IMG/VR virus record: IMGVR_UViG_2721755777_000003 | Location: 1 to 64,000 of that record | DNA length: 64,000 nucleotides | Strand: one strand, 5' to 3' | Source: an uncultured virus (IMG/VR IMGVR_UViG_2721755777_000003) | Taxonomy: Duplodnaviria; Heunggongvirae; Uroviricota; Caudoviricetes | Shown here: positions 30,701 to 40,828 of the stretch, one piece after another | How positions within the stretch are numbered: the first letter of the stretch is position 1 | Layout of the letters: each line of letters starts with the position of its first letter | Notes under the pieces: generated by a model | Told to the model about the DNA's origin: nothing | The model's input: the letters and a program-made list of their open reading frames with translations, nothing else | Database searches by the model: none | Translations under genes and position numbers: made by a program

Positions 30701-31634
30701 CGTGCTCAATCGTATAGTCTTCAATCATCTCTCCAATTAGCAATGTGTTTTCAATGGCCTCATTGATGATCTCTTTGTCCATGTAGTCCATTCTCTCATG
30801 AATTTCATCAACATTCTGAATAAAACACGCCTCATAAAAAGAATCGACTTCTCTCTCTCCATCCTTGGCGTTTAAAAAGGCTTGATGAATTGCCCTATCT
30901 TCCGGTCTAAGAAAGTGTGCATCGGTTGTGACAATCATTTTCAATCCATAACCGTTAGCTATATTAACAAGTTTCTTATTACAATAAATTTGCTCTTCAC
31001 TTAAAGCTGGTTGAAGCTCAATAAAGAACTTATCTTTCCCAAAGACTTTAATACACCATGTTATAAACTCATGAATTTTTAATTTGTGCTGTTTGATTGA
31101 CTGAATGTCTCCGTTTTCTTCGCATTCTTTAATTCTGAGTAAATTGATATTCACCTCAGAGCCAAGACAAGCTGTTGTAGCGATAATATGACCTGGATCT
31201 TTGCTAAGCAGTTCATCTACATCCTTTTTAACTGTTGGCACTCTTTCCATTGTTCCTGTGTAAAATGAATTTTCCCAGGCTTGTGAAGACAGTATTCTTA
31301 GCTGCTCATGTCCTATAGGGTCAATTGCCAACATTAAAAAGTGCGGAAACTTTGTCTGTCCTGACTTATAGTTATCACGAACTTCTTCCAGTGAATCGAC
31401 TAAATATGCTTCATTCCCAAGTATGAGTTTAAAATCTGCAGGCATATCCCCTTCTTTCTTCATTTCTCTGACAGTCTTAATTGCTTCCAAATGCGCTGAA
31501 AGAACCTCATGGTCAGTTATGGCCAATCCTTTATAATTCATCTGAACTGCTGTTTTAAGCAATTCTCCAACTGAGTTTGTTGAATCGAGTAGTCTTATGT
31601 TACTTTTATCAGTGTGGCAGTGACATCCAATCAA
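27705..31634 (-). CDS. yorL: DNA polymerase III alpha (DnaE-type)
   Basis: PHP domain, ARGSAAG, PDIDID; no intein evident. Confidence 0.95.
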   Translation of the reverse strand: MIGCHCHTDKSNIRLLDSTNSVGELLKTAVQMNYKGLAITDHEVLSAHLEAIKTVREMKKEGDMPADFKLILGNEAYLVDSLEEVRDNYKSGQTKFPHFLMLAIDPIGHEQLRILSSQAWENSFYTGTMERVPTVKKDVDELLSKDPGHIIATTACLGSEVNINLLRIKECEENGDIQSIKQHKLKIHEFITWCIKVFGKDKFFIELQPALSEEQIYCNKKLVNIANGYGLKMIVTTDAHFLRPEDRAIHQAFLNAKDGEREVDSFYEACFIQNVDEIHERMDYMDKEIINEAIENTLLIGEMIEDYTIEHEPIIPKMALPEFELSHLFKPAYKKYKYIKLMAESDEEQDRYLLKLIEDGFKAKLMKKDMSKKELHSILKRIDLELGELWEISEKLKQAMSSYYVTVREIINTIWDDECGGDSLVGAARGSAAGFLVNYLLDITQINPMQYNLPHWRHIHKSRPDLPDIDIDTEGSKRPRILKALRDKFGEKRVLQICTFGTEKSKSALQTACRGLGIDNDISQYLSGMIPFERGANWTLSDCFFGNEELGRKPIKEFIREVEGYPNLKETCLKIEGLTNKRSSHAAGVLIFNDEYTKSNAMMRTPKGAYITQFNMGDSEAMGSVKYDLLTIEGLDKIRVALDQLIEDNQIESQGTLKRTYTKYLHPDTLEYNSKRIWEMAGEGEIMDLFQFDTEVGNQSVVKVKPKNLLETAVTNSLMRLMSEGEEQPVDTYVRFKKDIDNWYQEMRNYNLSSEEMDVLKKHLYKPEEGLYGIADTQESVMMLSMDKEIAGFSIEESNKLRKGIAKKIKKMIDAIKTMFFEKGRSLGTSENLLKYVWEVQFKRQFGYSFSSLHTLAYSIIALQELNLNYKYNPLYWSTACLTVNSGGIESEEDQATKKSAATNYGKVAAAIGNIRKRGIKVDLPEINSANFGFKADTESNSIIFGLKGMNGIGDDVVHQIIANRPYSDFDDFIERMFRSSILKKGQVIQLIKGGCFDSFGDRQKIMESFISLISEPKTKLTLSNLKMLIENNIVPQEYALEIRFFRFKEYISKKVYKTMKSPKDRLFLLDDMSSDFYNQHFSESGIVDMINGQLVISERLFKKEYDSKMSKIKDWISTEEALSGLNNCLLKKEWSKYADGSLGKWEMDSLSYYYNDHELSGVNFAKYDIADFYELPEEPIKGKPYQWRGKTLYEYETTRIIGTVLDRDKNKHTITLLTPTGVVTVKQWAGSFGHYNKQISRPVTGGKKEVVEKSWYTRGTLLMFTGFRRGNNFIPKVYKNSIYSHTVCRIDHVDRKGNISLTTKRAEV

Positions 31635-31646
31635 TTTTCATCCCCC

Positions 31647-33374
31647 TTAAAACACAAGTTCTTTTTTCTTTGTACGAACCACCTCCAAGTCATAAATTTC
31701 AATTTGAGGTGTTTGTCTGCCCTTATATTCATTTACCCTTGCCTTACCAACAACATTAAGTATTAAAGTTCCATTTGATTGAGTAAGTTTCTCAAAGTAT
31801 TCTGTATCGCTTTTAAAGCGTATGTATTCAATATCTCCATGTTTAAACTTGACTGTTGTCTTGTTCTTTTTCCCGATGTGTTCAATTTGATCAACATCAA
31901 CTTCTAGTTCTGTTATTGCTACTAATGGTTCTTCGACCTTATAGCCCCAATAATCTTTATAGCTATACAGCTTAATTAAAAATTCCTTTCTAAGTTGATT
32001 AGCCGGTAGCTCAAAGTCAACATTTTGAACTTCTTCACCTGTCTCTACATCTTTAAATTTTTCATTTAGAACTTCATTAACCAAAATCAAGTTTTCACGC
32101 TTGATTGCAAATCCGGCTGCATTTGGATGGCCTTTAACAAATTCAAACAGCCCAGTATCTGTTAGCTCTTTTTTAAAATCTTTGATGTAGCCAGTCTCAT
32201 ACCCTCGAATAGACCCGCTCAACATCCCTTCTTCTTCATCGCTTTTTCTAGCCAGCAAAACTGGCTTTTTATATTCACCTGCAAGTACGTTTGCTACTAG
32301 CCCAGTCAAGCTTTTATCCAAAATTCCCTCAGTGTAGACTATAAGCACTTTATTAGCTACCAAATTCTTTTCTTCAATTCTGTTTTTAATTTCCACTGTA
32401 GCTGCATCAACAATGCGTTTCTGTTTAGCTTTAAGGTTCCCCAGAATCCTGACTGTGTCATCGTGAATTGACACGAGATTGATTTCATCTTGTCCACGTT
32501 TCTTATATGGAACTTTTTCTTTAGACAACAGAAACGATCTCAACAATTGATCTTTTTCTTCACTGCTACCGACCCTTATAGCTGCGTTAATTAATGGATT
32601 AATAAAGAACTGTGTGTTCTGTATGTTTGTGCAACCCTTGGTTGAAAACTCTTGTTTTTTAAAGAGCTTTTTGATTAGTGGATGCTTAATGTTCCTTAAG
32701 CCTTCATTCATAAAGTACCTGGTCTCTAGATTTCTTGAATCAGCTGAATCGGCTATATTACCAATAGAAACAAGATCTAAAAATTGTTCTGCTTTGGTTT
32801 TGCCTAGCTTATAATCAATGGCCTGGCAAAGCTTATATGCCATTCCAGCACCCGTTAATGTTTTGTTTGAATACTCAGTCGAGAGCTGATTGTTGACGAC
32901 TATAGCGTGTTTAGATTCTCTTTCACATTCATGATGGTCAATAACAATTACATCAACGCCATTCTTTTTTAGCTCCTCATGTTCATCAAATTGACCTGAT
33001 CCAGCATCCGGAATTAAAACTAAGTCGACATCATCAGGAATTGTATCAATGAAAATGCCGTGCTCTTTATCTTCATGAATCCGGTATCGTATGTCAGCTT
33101 TCGGATAAATTGCTTTTATGTAATTGATAATGATTGAACTGGATGTGTACCCATCTACATCGCTATCCACTTGAACAAATATTTTATTTTTACCCTCTAA
33201 ATGCTTTATTAAACAATCAGATGCTTTATCAATGTTATCGAGTTTTGAAAAATGAATGACTGAGCTCTGGTTCACATCAATAAAACTCTTCGGATTTTCA
33301 ATCCCTCTGTTTTTTAAAATTGTCGATAATGGATTGAAATTATAATCATTGTTGCCAATGAGCTTATAAGCCAC
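31647..33374 (-). CDS. yorK: RecJ-like DHH exonuclease
   Basis: DSDVDG, IDHH, GHPNAAG. Confidence 0.92.
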   Translation of the reverse strand: MAYKLIGNNDYNFNPLSTILKNRGIENPKSFIDVNQSSVIHFSKLDNIDKASDCLIKHLEGKNKIFVQVDSDVDGYTSSSIIINYIKAIYPKADIRYRIHEDKEHGIFIDTIPDDVDLVLIPDAGSGQFDEHEELKKNGVDVIVIDHHECERESKHAIVVNNQLSTEYSNKTLTGAGMAYKLCQAIDYKLGKTKAEQFLDLVSIGNIADSADSRNLETRYFMNEGLRNIKHPLIKKLFKKQEFSTKGCTNIQNTQFFINPLINAAIRVGSSEEKDQLLRSFLLSKEKVPYKKRGQDEINLVSIHDDTVRILGNLKAKQKRIVDAATVEIKNRIEEKNLVANKVLIVYTEGILDKSLTGLVANVLAGEYKKPVLLARKSDEEEGMLSGSIRGYETGYIKDFKKELTDTGLFEFVKGHPNAAGFAIKRENLILVNEVLNEKFKDVETGEEVQNVDFELPANQLRKEFLIKLYSYKDYWGYKVEEPLVAITELEVDVDQIEHIGKKNKTTVKFKHGDIEYIRFKSDTEYFEKLTQSNGTLILNVVGKARVNEYKGRQTPQIEIYDLEVVRTKKKELVF

Positions 33375-34510
33375 TAAATCCCTCCTTCATTCGTATTGAT
33401 TTCAATTTTTCTTCTCATCAACTCCTCTAAAACGTCTTTTCCCTTATCAGCTGGACTGTCTTTATAATCCAACATGTTTTCAAAATCCCATAAAACATAC
33501 ACACGAACATACGGTGTAAATTTTGCTGCAAGCTTCAAGATTTTTTTCTGATACTCTAGCAGTTTACGTTGATACATCTCCTCTGTCTCATGCTCTTTCG
33601 GTGGTCTATATTTATCTAAAGCAATAAACACTTCTTCCACTCCAAGAGAAAGTAAGATATCACGGTGAAAATTTGAAATGTTGTTTGAACAGACTGCACA
33701 TGTGAAATTTGCTTCACCATAAAAGTCCTGGCATTTTAACACAGACTTTTCTGATTCAAAAATTAAAGCTTTTTTAAACCTTTCAATAGAATCTTTTGTT
33801 CTATGTAATCCATATAAATTCATCATGGTCTGATGATTATATAAGGTGTTCCCAACTTTTAAAGGCATATATTTATAACCTGCATCAACTTCCTCTTTAA
33901 TAAGAGATCGTCTACGAATACCAATCAATCTGTTATTTAAGTCCCGGTGTGGAATAGTTATCCCTTCTGTGTGAGTTCTAAAATAGTAGCCAATTTCAAA
34001 ATCATATAATGTTTGTTGGCTTATCCCCTCTTCCAACCACATTTGATGAGGATAAGGCATAAACACATCTAAAACAGTTTCATTGAAGCTGGGAAGTTCA
34101 ATGGCTATCTTTTTCTTCTTATTGAACTTCCCCATCCATTCCCAGTCATCAATTAAATCATTGTTCGTGAATGTCTCTCTATTACCGAAACCAAATGTTC
34201 TCCCAACTAGCCTTGCAACATACTCAATGGCTTGATTGAAAGGTATATTGATCCCTTTTTGTCTTTTTGCTCGTATTACAAGCTCAAAGACATCGAATGT
34301 GTCTCCACATTCTGTATAGCAATGAAATTGCTTTGCTTCGTGGTAATAATACAGCTTGTAGCTTCCCCCAGAAGCGTTATGGCAAACGGTTCTGTATATT
34401 GGGTTCCCTTGTTGATCCCATTGATTATTTTCGCTACCCAATTCTTTTAATATCTTATGTATATCCTCAAGCGTAAGGCTTTCTTTTATTCTGTCCTTGT
34501 CATATTTCAA
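33374..34510 (-). CDS. yorJ: DNA primase
   Basis: CH...CYTEC Zn domain; TOPRIM-like FESEKS...ALD. Confidence 0.88.
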   Translation of the reverse strand: MKYDKDRIKESLTLEDIHKILKELGSENNQWDQQGNPIYRTVCHNASGGSYKLYYYHEAKQFHCYTECGDTFDVFELVIRAKRQKGINIPFNQAIEYVARLVGRTFGFGNRETFTNNDLIDDWEWMGKFNKKKKIAIELPSFNETVLDVFMPYPHQMWLEEGISQQTLYDFEIGYYFRTHTEGITIPHRDLNNRLIGIRRRSLIKEEVDAGYKYMPLKVGNTLYNHQTMMNLYGLHRTKDSIERFKKALIFESEKSVLKCQDFYGEANFTCAVCSNNISNFHRDILLSLGVEEVFIALDKYRPPKEHETEEMYQRKLLEYQKKILKLAAKFTPYVRVYVLWDFENMLDYKDSPADKGKDVLEELMRRKIEINTNEGGI

Positions 34511-34525
34511 AGGGTGCTACACCCC

Positions 34526-36043
34526 TTATCCTGCTTTAATATTCAATTTTTCAACTGTGATTAATTCGTTATCAATATTTGTTGTGAAACAATCTTCCGT
34601 TCTCATGATATCCATGTTTATGTATGTAAAAATCTTCAGCTTATCATGTTTATTCCCACGATTCTTAAATACATGGACAACAAAGTTAGGCATCTTGTAT
34701 CCAAAGCCATTCTTCATTATGTCTGAAGCAGCTTCCTTCTCTTTTTTGCTTAATGGAAGAATAATCATCGCTACGTCAGTTTTATCTGCAATAGCCTTAC
34801 TTCCTCTTAAATAATTAGCATCAATTTGTAGACCTTTTAGCCAAGCGTCCTTCCATTCACCGTTCAGCTGCGTTGCACTCATCATAAAAACATCATATTT
34901 ATTACATAAAGCCTTTAACTTATCGGCCATAAGCAATAAAATTTGGTCTTCTCTTAAGCTTATTCCACTGTTTCTGCTCATTTCTGAAAAAATGGTTACA
35001 GAGGAATGGATATAATCAAAATAAATATACCCGACATTGTATTTTCTAACGTTTTTCTCGATAGTCTCTTCTATTTCTTTAATATTGAAATCCGGCAAAT
35101 GTTCAAACCAAATAGGTGATTCCTCTAATATATCTGCCGCCTTTCTAATTCTTTCTTCTTCAGACTTTGTAGCGGAATTTCGGAGTATTTTCTCTTCTGG
35201 TACACCTGAGATATATGCTATTGCTATACTTTGCAGTTCCTCAGGTACCATTTCCGTTGAAATTACAGATGCGTTCTCTCTAAAAAGGTTATCTTCCCAT
35301 TGGTTTTCTTTGATATTGTAAATTTGGGTTGCGCCTAAGAAGCAGGCATCTGCAACCATGTTTCTTGTCTTACCTCCTCCAGTGGTACCCGATCTCAAAT
35401 AGAACTTTTTCCTTCGAGATCCCCTAAAAATTGAAGTTTGAATTTCACTGTTCAAAGGTACTCCAATATCTGGTGAGAGCTTTAACCTATCTAAAAACTG
35501 ATGGACACCCTCTCCAGCTTGAATACCCTTGCTTTGACTGTTTGTTTTGAATTTATCTTTTACTTCAATAATCTTCATTTCGTAATGTGAAAGTATTTCT
35601 TCTATTGACTTCTTGTCAAAACGTTCCTGCATAGCCTCTTGCTCTCTAGGATCAATTATTGTATGATCGTATATCTCTCTAACGTCAAACCCTAGTCCAT
35701 GCATTTCCCTAATTAAACTAAACTTTTTTAAACGGTTATAATAATACTCAAAGTTTTCGACTTCGGCCAAATTCTGTATTGTATGAATATAATTTATACC
35801 GTCATTGTCATTGAAAACTTTATACTGAATTCCATAATTTTTTAGATATCCATCAATCTCTACTTCATTAATAACCTCTGTGCCTTGATTAAATAAGTTA
35901 CACATTGCAGCAAAGAGAATTGAATGAAATCTTTCGGGAAAGTCGGCCTTTGATAGGTTGTATCCGTTACTTTCAGATAAGAGCGAGGGTTCCTTTAATA
36001 TGCTCCCCAACACTTGTATAATTGCTTTTTTGTCTTGTAGCAA
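34526..36043 (-). CDS. yorI: DnaB-like replicative helicase
   Basis: GTTGGGKT, STEM, FDYI, ATQLN, KNRG. Confidence 0.92.
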   Translation of the reverse strand: MLQDKKAIIQVLGSILKEPSLLSESNGYNLSKADFPERFHSILFAAMCNLFNQGTEVINEVEIDGYLKNYGIQYKVFNDNDGINYIHTIQNLAEVENFEYYYNRLKKFSLIREMHGLGFDVREIYDHTIIDPREQEAMQERFDKKSIEEILSHYEMKIIEVKDKFKTNSQSKGIQAGEGVHQFLDRLKLSPDIGVPLNSEIQTSIFRGSRRKKFYLRSGTTGGGKTRNMVADACFLGATQIYNIKENQWEDNLFRENASVISTEMVPEELQSIAIAYISGVPEEKILRNSATKSEEERIRKAADILEESPIWFEHLPDFNIKEIEETIEKNVRKYNVGYIYFDYIHSSVTIFSEMSRNSGISLREDQILLLMADKLKALCNKYDVFMMSATQLNGEWKDAWLKGLQIDANYLRGSKAIADKTDVAMIILPLSKKEKEAASDIMKNGFGYKMPNFVVHVFKNRGNKHDKLKIFTYINMDIMRTEDCFTTNIDNELITVEKLNIKAG

Positions 36044-36057
36044 ATGGACTCTCCTTC

Positions 36058-36528
36058 CTATAATGTTGAGATGTCAACAAGTCCCCTTTTCTTTCGCAAT
36101 CCCTTTTTTATAATTAAAGTGATTTCTTCTCTTTTGTGATTCTTTGGGTCTTCAGCTGATTTTTGTATTGCCTTTTGTTTTATGTAATGTCGCTTGGCCT
36201 CGTCATATACAAAAGGGACAATTCCAATGCCATCACCTTCTCTTGGATGATTCGCCAGTGTTTCATAAAAGTACTTAAGCGCAAGCTCGATTCCTTTTAG
36301 CTTATAACCATAATCCTCTTGAAACTCTTTGATCTGTTTTAGCATCATACCTGTCGGAGATGCAAGACCATATAAGTTGCATATGTATTGAAGTAACTCT
36401 TTTCGATGGTCTGCCTCTTGTCTCCATGTGTTGAAGCACTGTTCATGGTAGTATCTTTTTTTATAAGGAATCGCTAAATCTTTATCTAATTTTGTCTCAC
36501 AATATGGACATTTGACTTGTCTTCCCAA
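36058..36528 (-). CDS. yorH: Zn-finger replication-associated protein
   Basis: CPYC...HEQC; synteny. Confidence 0.75.
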   Translation of the reverse strand: MGRQVKCPYCETKLDKDLAIPYKKRYYHEQCFNTWRQEADHRKELLQYICNLYGLASPTGMMLKQIKEFQEDYGYKLKGIELALKYFYETLANHPREGDGIGIVPFVYDEAKRHYIKQKAIQKSAEDPKNHKREEITLIIKKGLRKKRGLVDISTL

Positions 36529-36569
36529 ATAATCACCCCTAATAAGGAGGAGGGAATAATCCCCCCAGT

Positions 36570-37541
36570 TTATTTAGATAGAAGATCTTTTAGGTCATCC
36601 AAAATTACAGACATAACGTTTACTTGTTTGCGGCTGCATTCAGTCACTTTTACTCCCTTGCCTAAATGCTTCTCTGTAATCTCATTAACCTCTTCTAGTC
36701 GTCCTTCTTCATTGAGCTTAATTCCAACTTCTTTAATTTGCTCCATCAAAGAGTCATAATCAAGCTCCTCTGAAGCATTGTTTTGTTTTTGCTCTTCATA
36801 TGTAACGGCAACAATACCTTCTGCTTCTTCCTGTCTTTCGACTGCCTCGATAATGGCCTTCTCCAGGTTCTCTGCAGTGAACTCAGGAAGGTATGTATCA
36901 ATGTAATCGAAACGGCTGCGTGCAAAGTGCTCATCTGTTTCAGCCAACCAAGCACTTGATTTGATAACCTTTCTGTCTTCATCAACACCATTAGAACTTA
37001 GATAAAGTACAATATCACTGTTATCAATAACAGGGGCCAATACACGTTTATCACCCTTAGGATAAACCTTTCCTTTTTTGTCCTCTGCAGCATGAGCAAT
37101 AAAGATAACGGTAAATCCTACCCCAATTAGTTTATTAATTTCTTCCCATACTTCTGTTTCATACTCTTTCCAAAGACCAAACCCATCATTTCCATCTTTA
37201 ATCCGTTCTACATCATATTGTTCGCAAACATATCTGGTTGCATATTTAGCAAATGCATCTACTTCATCAACAATAATTGTCTGATATGTTTCTTTTGCCT
37301 TTTCTGCATTTTTGGTTAACTGTTTATTAACCTTCTTAAAATCCGCCCAGCTATTAATAGCCATAAATTTAACGCCTGCGATGGCATTCAAACCTTTTTC
37401 AAATGGCAAGTATAATGGCTTCTTCATTCGTGTGCTTTGTTTTGTCTTACCCAAGTTGTTAGAACCATAGATTGTAATAACTTTTCCTTCTAAACCTTTT
37501 GCGACTACTGAAACTTGAGGATTGAAAATATCGATTGCCAT
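36570..37541 (-). CDS. yorG: AAA/Sak4-like ATPase
   Basis: YGSNNLGKT, IIVD, FIAH. Confidence 0.8.
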   Translation of the reverse strand: MAIDIFNPQVSVVAKGLEGKVITIYGSNNLGKTKQSTRMKKPLYLPFEKGLNAIAGVKFMAINSWADFKKVNKQLTKNAEKAKETYQTIIVDEVDAFAKYATRYVCEQYDVERIKDGNDGFGLWKEYETEVWEEINKLIGVGFTVIFIAHAAEDKKGKVYPKGDKRVLAPVIDNSDIVLYLSSNGVDEDRKVIKSSAWLAETDEHFARSRFDYIDTYLPEFTAENLEKAIIEAVERQEEAEGIVAVTYEEQKQNNASEELDYDSLMEQIKEVGIKLNEEGRLEEVNEITEKHLGKGVKVTECSRKQVNVMSVILDDLKDLLSK

Positions 37542-37629
37542 GTTAAACTCTCCTTTAATTATGATTTGGGGTGAGTCGAAGCACACCCCGAGTTATGTAT
37601 TTTCAGTTAAGTTATTTTATTTTTACCCA

Positions 37630-38544
37630 TTAAAAAGGTAGGTCATCATCTGAAATTTCAACCGGCTTTGAAGGCTTGTTATTAGGAGCGCTTCCGCCAA
37701 ACCCAGACTTTTTATTATTCTCATTGCCACCTTCATTCTTAAGCTCATCTAGGTAAATCTCTCTTTCAGTCAGCGCTTTTTTAATTGCATCTGCATTAAA
37801 AGCATTCTTGCTATCCTCGTCATATGGATCATTGCCACCTGTAATTAGGTACTCTCTTTTCGAATTAATAGTGATTTCTTTCTTGTCTTCGCCAAATGCT
37901 GCTGTTTTGGTCGTTACTTTTTGCTCTTTAAAGTTAATAATCTTTCCAAAAACATTAACCGTAGACCCTTTTTCATAATTATTTTCAACGTATTGAGACC
38001 CTTTTTTTGTGACTACAAATTCAAACGGAATTACTTTCCCACCATATAAAGGAATATAACCATTTAAATTAACTCTTCCCGTTTCTTCACCTTTTACTTT
38101 TTCTTCAGTTACATTCTTTACAAACAGCTCAACATCAAATTCTGCTCTTGGATTGAATTCTTCATTGGCGTCCAGTCTATTTACAAAGTTAGTCGTTAAC
38201 TGTGGATACGCCTTTAAAATCCCTTGTGAGTAATATTCATTTAACCCAATCTTTCCTTGGGTAATTCTCACTTTGTCAGCCTCATCTCTCCCATGTTCTG
38301 CAATGGACTTATATTCATTGATAATGGTTTGATAACCTTTTGCAATAGCATTATCTGTGCCATCAGCTTTCTTATATTTTGAAAAGCCTTTTACTGTATG
38401 CACTTCATTTGGTGCAACCTCAATATCTAGTTCAATATTTAGCCCTTTACCACTTTTCCACTCAGTGTGTTTTACCTCAGCAAGTGTCCCCTCAATAGTT
38501 ACAACATTTGATGCTTCACGTAATACTGTTTTATTTTCTGCCAT
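37630..38544 (-). CDS. yorF: Putative ssDNA-binding protein
   Basis: Acidic DDDLPF tail; synteny. Confidence 0.75.
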   Translation of the reverse strand: MAENKTVLREASNVVTIEGTLAEVKHTEWKSGKGLNIELDIEVAPNEVHTVKGFSKYKKADGTDNAIAKGYQTIINEYKSIAEHGRDEADKVRITQGKIGLNEYYSQGILKAYPQLTTNFVNRLDANEEFNPRAEFDVELFVKNVTEEKVKGEETGRVNLNGYIPLYGGKVIPFEFVVTKKGSQYVENNYEKGSTVNVFGKIINFKEQKVTTKTAAFGEDKKEITINSKREYLITGGNDPYDEDSKNAFNADAIKKALTEREIYLDELKNEGGNENNKKSGFGGSAPNNKPSKPVEISDDDLPF

Positions 38545-38566
38545 GTAAATAATCAACCTCTTTCTT

Positions 38567-38947
38567 TTAATTATTAATTTTATTTTTACTCTTAAAATGC
38601 CTATAATGAGGCTTGCTACTAAACTTACAATCCTTAATACCAAGTAGCTTGTTTAATTCTATGTATCTCTTTTTTGGAAAGTCCCAAGGTTCAGGATCAC
38701 CTTTTACATTTTCAATCCTTATTACTGTTCCATGTCGAATTGTGATCTTTAAGTTTCCATATGAGTATGTTTTAGAAAAAAGACCTCTTTTAATTCCTCT
38801 TGGTTTAAATTCCTTTACCAACATCACATTCCTGGTTAACTTTCTTCTTGCTTGGTCTTCGTCAATGTCGTAATTCCTTTTGACATCATTTTTGTAGGTA
38901 TGTAAGGCTTCCGCAGATACTTTCAGTATCTTTAATTCCTTCTTCAT
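38567..38947 (-). CDS. yorE: Phage protein
   Basis: Synteny; first gene after promoter. Confidence 0.6.
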   Translation of the reverse strand: MKKELKILKVSAEALHTYKNDVKRNYDIDEDQARRKLTRNVMLVKEFKPRGIKRGLFSKTYSYGNLKITIRHGTVIRIENVKGDPEPWDFPKKRYIELNKLLGIKDCKFSSKPHYRHFKSKNKINN

Positions 38948-38980
38948 CTCTTTCCTCCTTTCTCTCTTTGGGATAACTTA

Positions 38981-39030
38981 ATCTTACATCATCAAAACGA
39001 AACGGTCAACAACTATTTTATTTTTATTCT
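38981..39030 (-). promoter_or_regulatory. Sigma-A promoter of the replication operon with upstream repeated element
   Basis: AGAATAAAAATAAAATAGTTG-TTGACC-N17-TAAGAT. Confidence 0.75.
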
Positions 39031-39158
39031 AGAAAATAATAAACAGTTCTTGTGATGAGTGTCTTTATCAATTGCAGTACAGGCTGCTTCTGAAGATTGA
39101 TCTTCTTGTTTCCGCCCCCAATAGTGCGTGTAATTTTATAAAATGATATTGAGAGTTA

Positions 39159-39184
39159 AGAAGCGCCTAAGTAAAGGCGCTTCT
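39159..39184. terminator. Hairpin terminator
   Basis: AGAAGCGCCT-N6-AGGCGCTTCT. Confidence 0.65.
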
Positions 39185-39472
39185 GTATAACAAACTATTC
39201 TATACCTGAAATTCAGCTACGTATCTCTTATCTGATCCTTCATTACCGTAATCAGAAACTTTTGCTAAGTCCGTTGTGAAAATTTCATCTGGGTACTCAC
39301 GGATCATTTTTCTACATAGGTTAGACAGAGCTTCTTGCTTCGTTCTGCCATATTCAAATACCAACACATTAAATACCTCCTTAACATTATCATGAGATAT
39401 CCTTTTCCTGCTAATCCTTAATTTTACCCACTTAACGACATAACGAATCAAAACAAGTGAAAATTCATAAAA

Positions 39473-39850
39473 TTAAACAACTTCACTCCATGACCACATG
39501 TTCATCGTTTGTAGCGTAAAACCGTCAGGAAGCTTTTTCATTTTTATATTCACGTTATATCTCTTCCCAGTAGTCTTATGGATCACAGCAAGTTCTTCGC
39601 CATCATAGAACCGCACAATTGCTTCATTAAATTCAATTGGCTGATCAACCACATAACCTTCTTTAAGTGCTCTGATATACAGATAAGGATCTGTTTTATA
39701 AAGCTCATATAGTCTATTGCCAAAGCCTTCGTGTTTATCTCTAAGCAGGTTAAAATTAATTAGGGATATATACAGTTTTTCAGATATGTTTAGCTTGTTT
39801 TTGAAATACCGGATTGCTTCATCTTGTTCTTTGCTTAAAATGTTGATCAT
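39473..39850 (-). CDS. Hypothetical phage protein
   Basis: RBS AAGGAG. Confidence 0.6.
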   Translation of the reverse strand: MINILSKEQDEAIRYFKNKLNISEKLYISLINFNLLRDKHEGFGNRLYELYKTDPYLYIRALKEGYVVDQPIEFNEAIVRFYDGEELAVIHKTTGKRYNVNIKMKKLPDGFTLQTMNMWSWSEVV

Positions 39851-39907
39851 TTAATCAAGCTCCTTTAAGTATAATGTTTAAGTGTTTTTATATGGGGGAA
39901 TACGTGA

Positions 39908-40159
39908 ATGGAGGTGGTTCATTTGGAAAATAATCAGAAAATAACGCTAAACTCTTCTTTCGCGTTATCCACTCTTATTGTCTTACTTATTGCATTGTTC
40001 CCGGCCTATTCCTTTTGGTTTGTCACGATATTCTTTTTAGGATTTGCACTAATATACACATTTCAAAAAAATAAGAGTAAATCCTCAAAATTAATTGCCA
40101 TTATCTCTTATCCATTGTTTGCTGTAGCATTAGTTTACAGCATAATAAACAGCATATAA
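39908..40159 (+). CDS. Small three-TM membrane protein
   Basis: Hydrophobic; probable TTG start after GGAGGTG. Confidence 0.65.
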   Translation: MEVVHLENNQKITLNSSFALSTLIVLLIALFPAYSFWFVTIFFLGFALIYTFQKNKSKSSKLIAIISYPLFAVALVYSIINSI

Positions 40160-40191
40160 GAATCCTCCCTTAGGTGGGAGGATCATTTTTT

Positions 40192-40716
40192 TTACATCAC
40201 AGCAACTTTTGGGCCGCCTTTGTCCGTTATGATAAAGCTGTCACTTCCGATTTTTTTCTTTCGATCCTTATCTTCATAAATCGTTACATGGTGCTTGGTC
40301 ATTAGAGTTGCCCCTGCCATCTTAAATTCCTGCTTATCCTTAAAGTAAACAATTTTATATTCGCCTAGAATAATCATGTTAGCTAGTCCAGCTAAATAAG
40401 AAGACCATCCCCCTGTAGGCAAATTTAATGCAAATCCTAATGTTTGAACGACAGCAGCAGTTGAATACTTGTCAAACTTGGTATCGCCGTATGTAGTTCC
40501 GGCATCTTGCCAATCATCCGCAGTTGTCGAAAAACCTGGGTTCTTAATATTTGAGGCGGTCTTAAGTACATTGATTGGTTGGTGGTAATTATTGCTTTCA
40601 GTATCTTTCCTACTTTGATTTAGCTCTTTTGCATTTACTCCTGCCCCAAAATCACAAAGCAAACCACTTACGAGTAAAGTTCCAACAACTCCAATTTTAC
40701 CAATGTTGCTTTTCAC
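40192..40716 (-). CDS. Secreted protein with central Gly/Ala hydrophobic segment
   Basis: Signal ending VNA; RBS GAGGAGG; shares hairpin (about 40162-40183) with the convergent membrane gene. Confidence 0.7.
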   Translation of the reverse strand: MKSNIGKIGVVGTLLVSGLLCDFGAGVNAKELNQSRKDTESNNYHQPINVLKTASNIKNPGFSTTADDWQDAGTTYGDTKFDKYSTAAVVQTLGFALNLPTGGWSSYLAGLANMIILGEYKIVYFKDKQEFKMAGATLMTKHHVTIYEDKDRKKKIGSDSFIITDKGGPKVAVM

Positions 40717-40828
40717 ACCTAATTCCTCCTCTGAGTGTTTTAATTATATTACACTCAGACATTACCCCAAAAATATCCATATAAACCACTTTCTATTTAA
40801 TTTGTTTTCTTTTAAACTACAGTTTTAT

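Noticed and set aside
39035..39160. Possible ncRNA upstream of the replication promoter
   Set aside because: Only a terminator-like hairpin is supportable; no recognisable RNA family.
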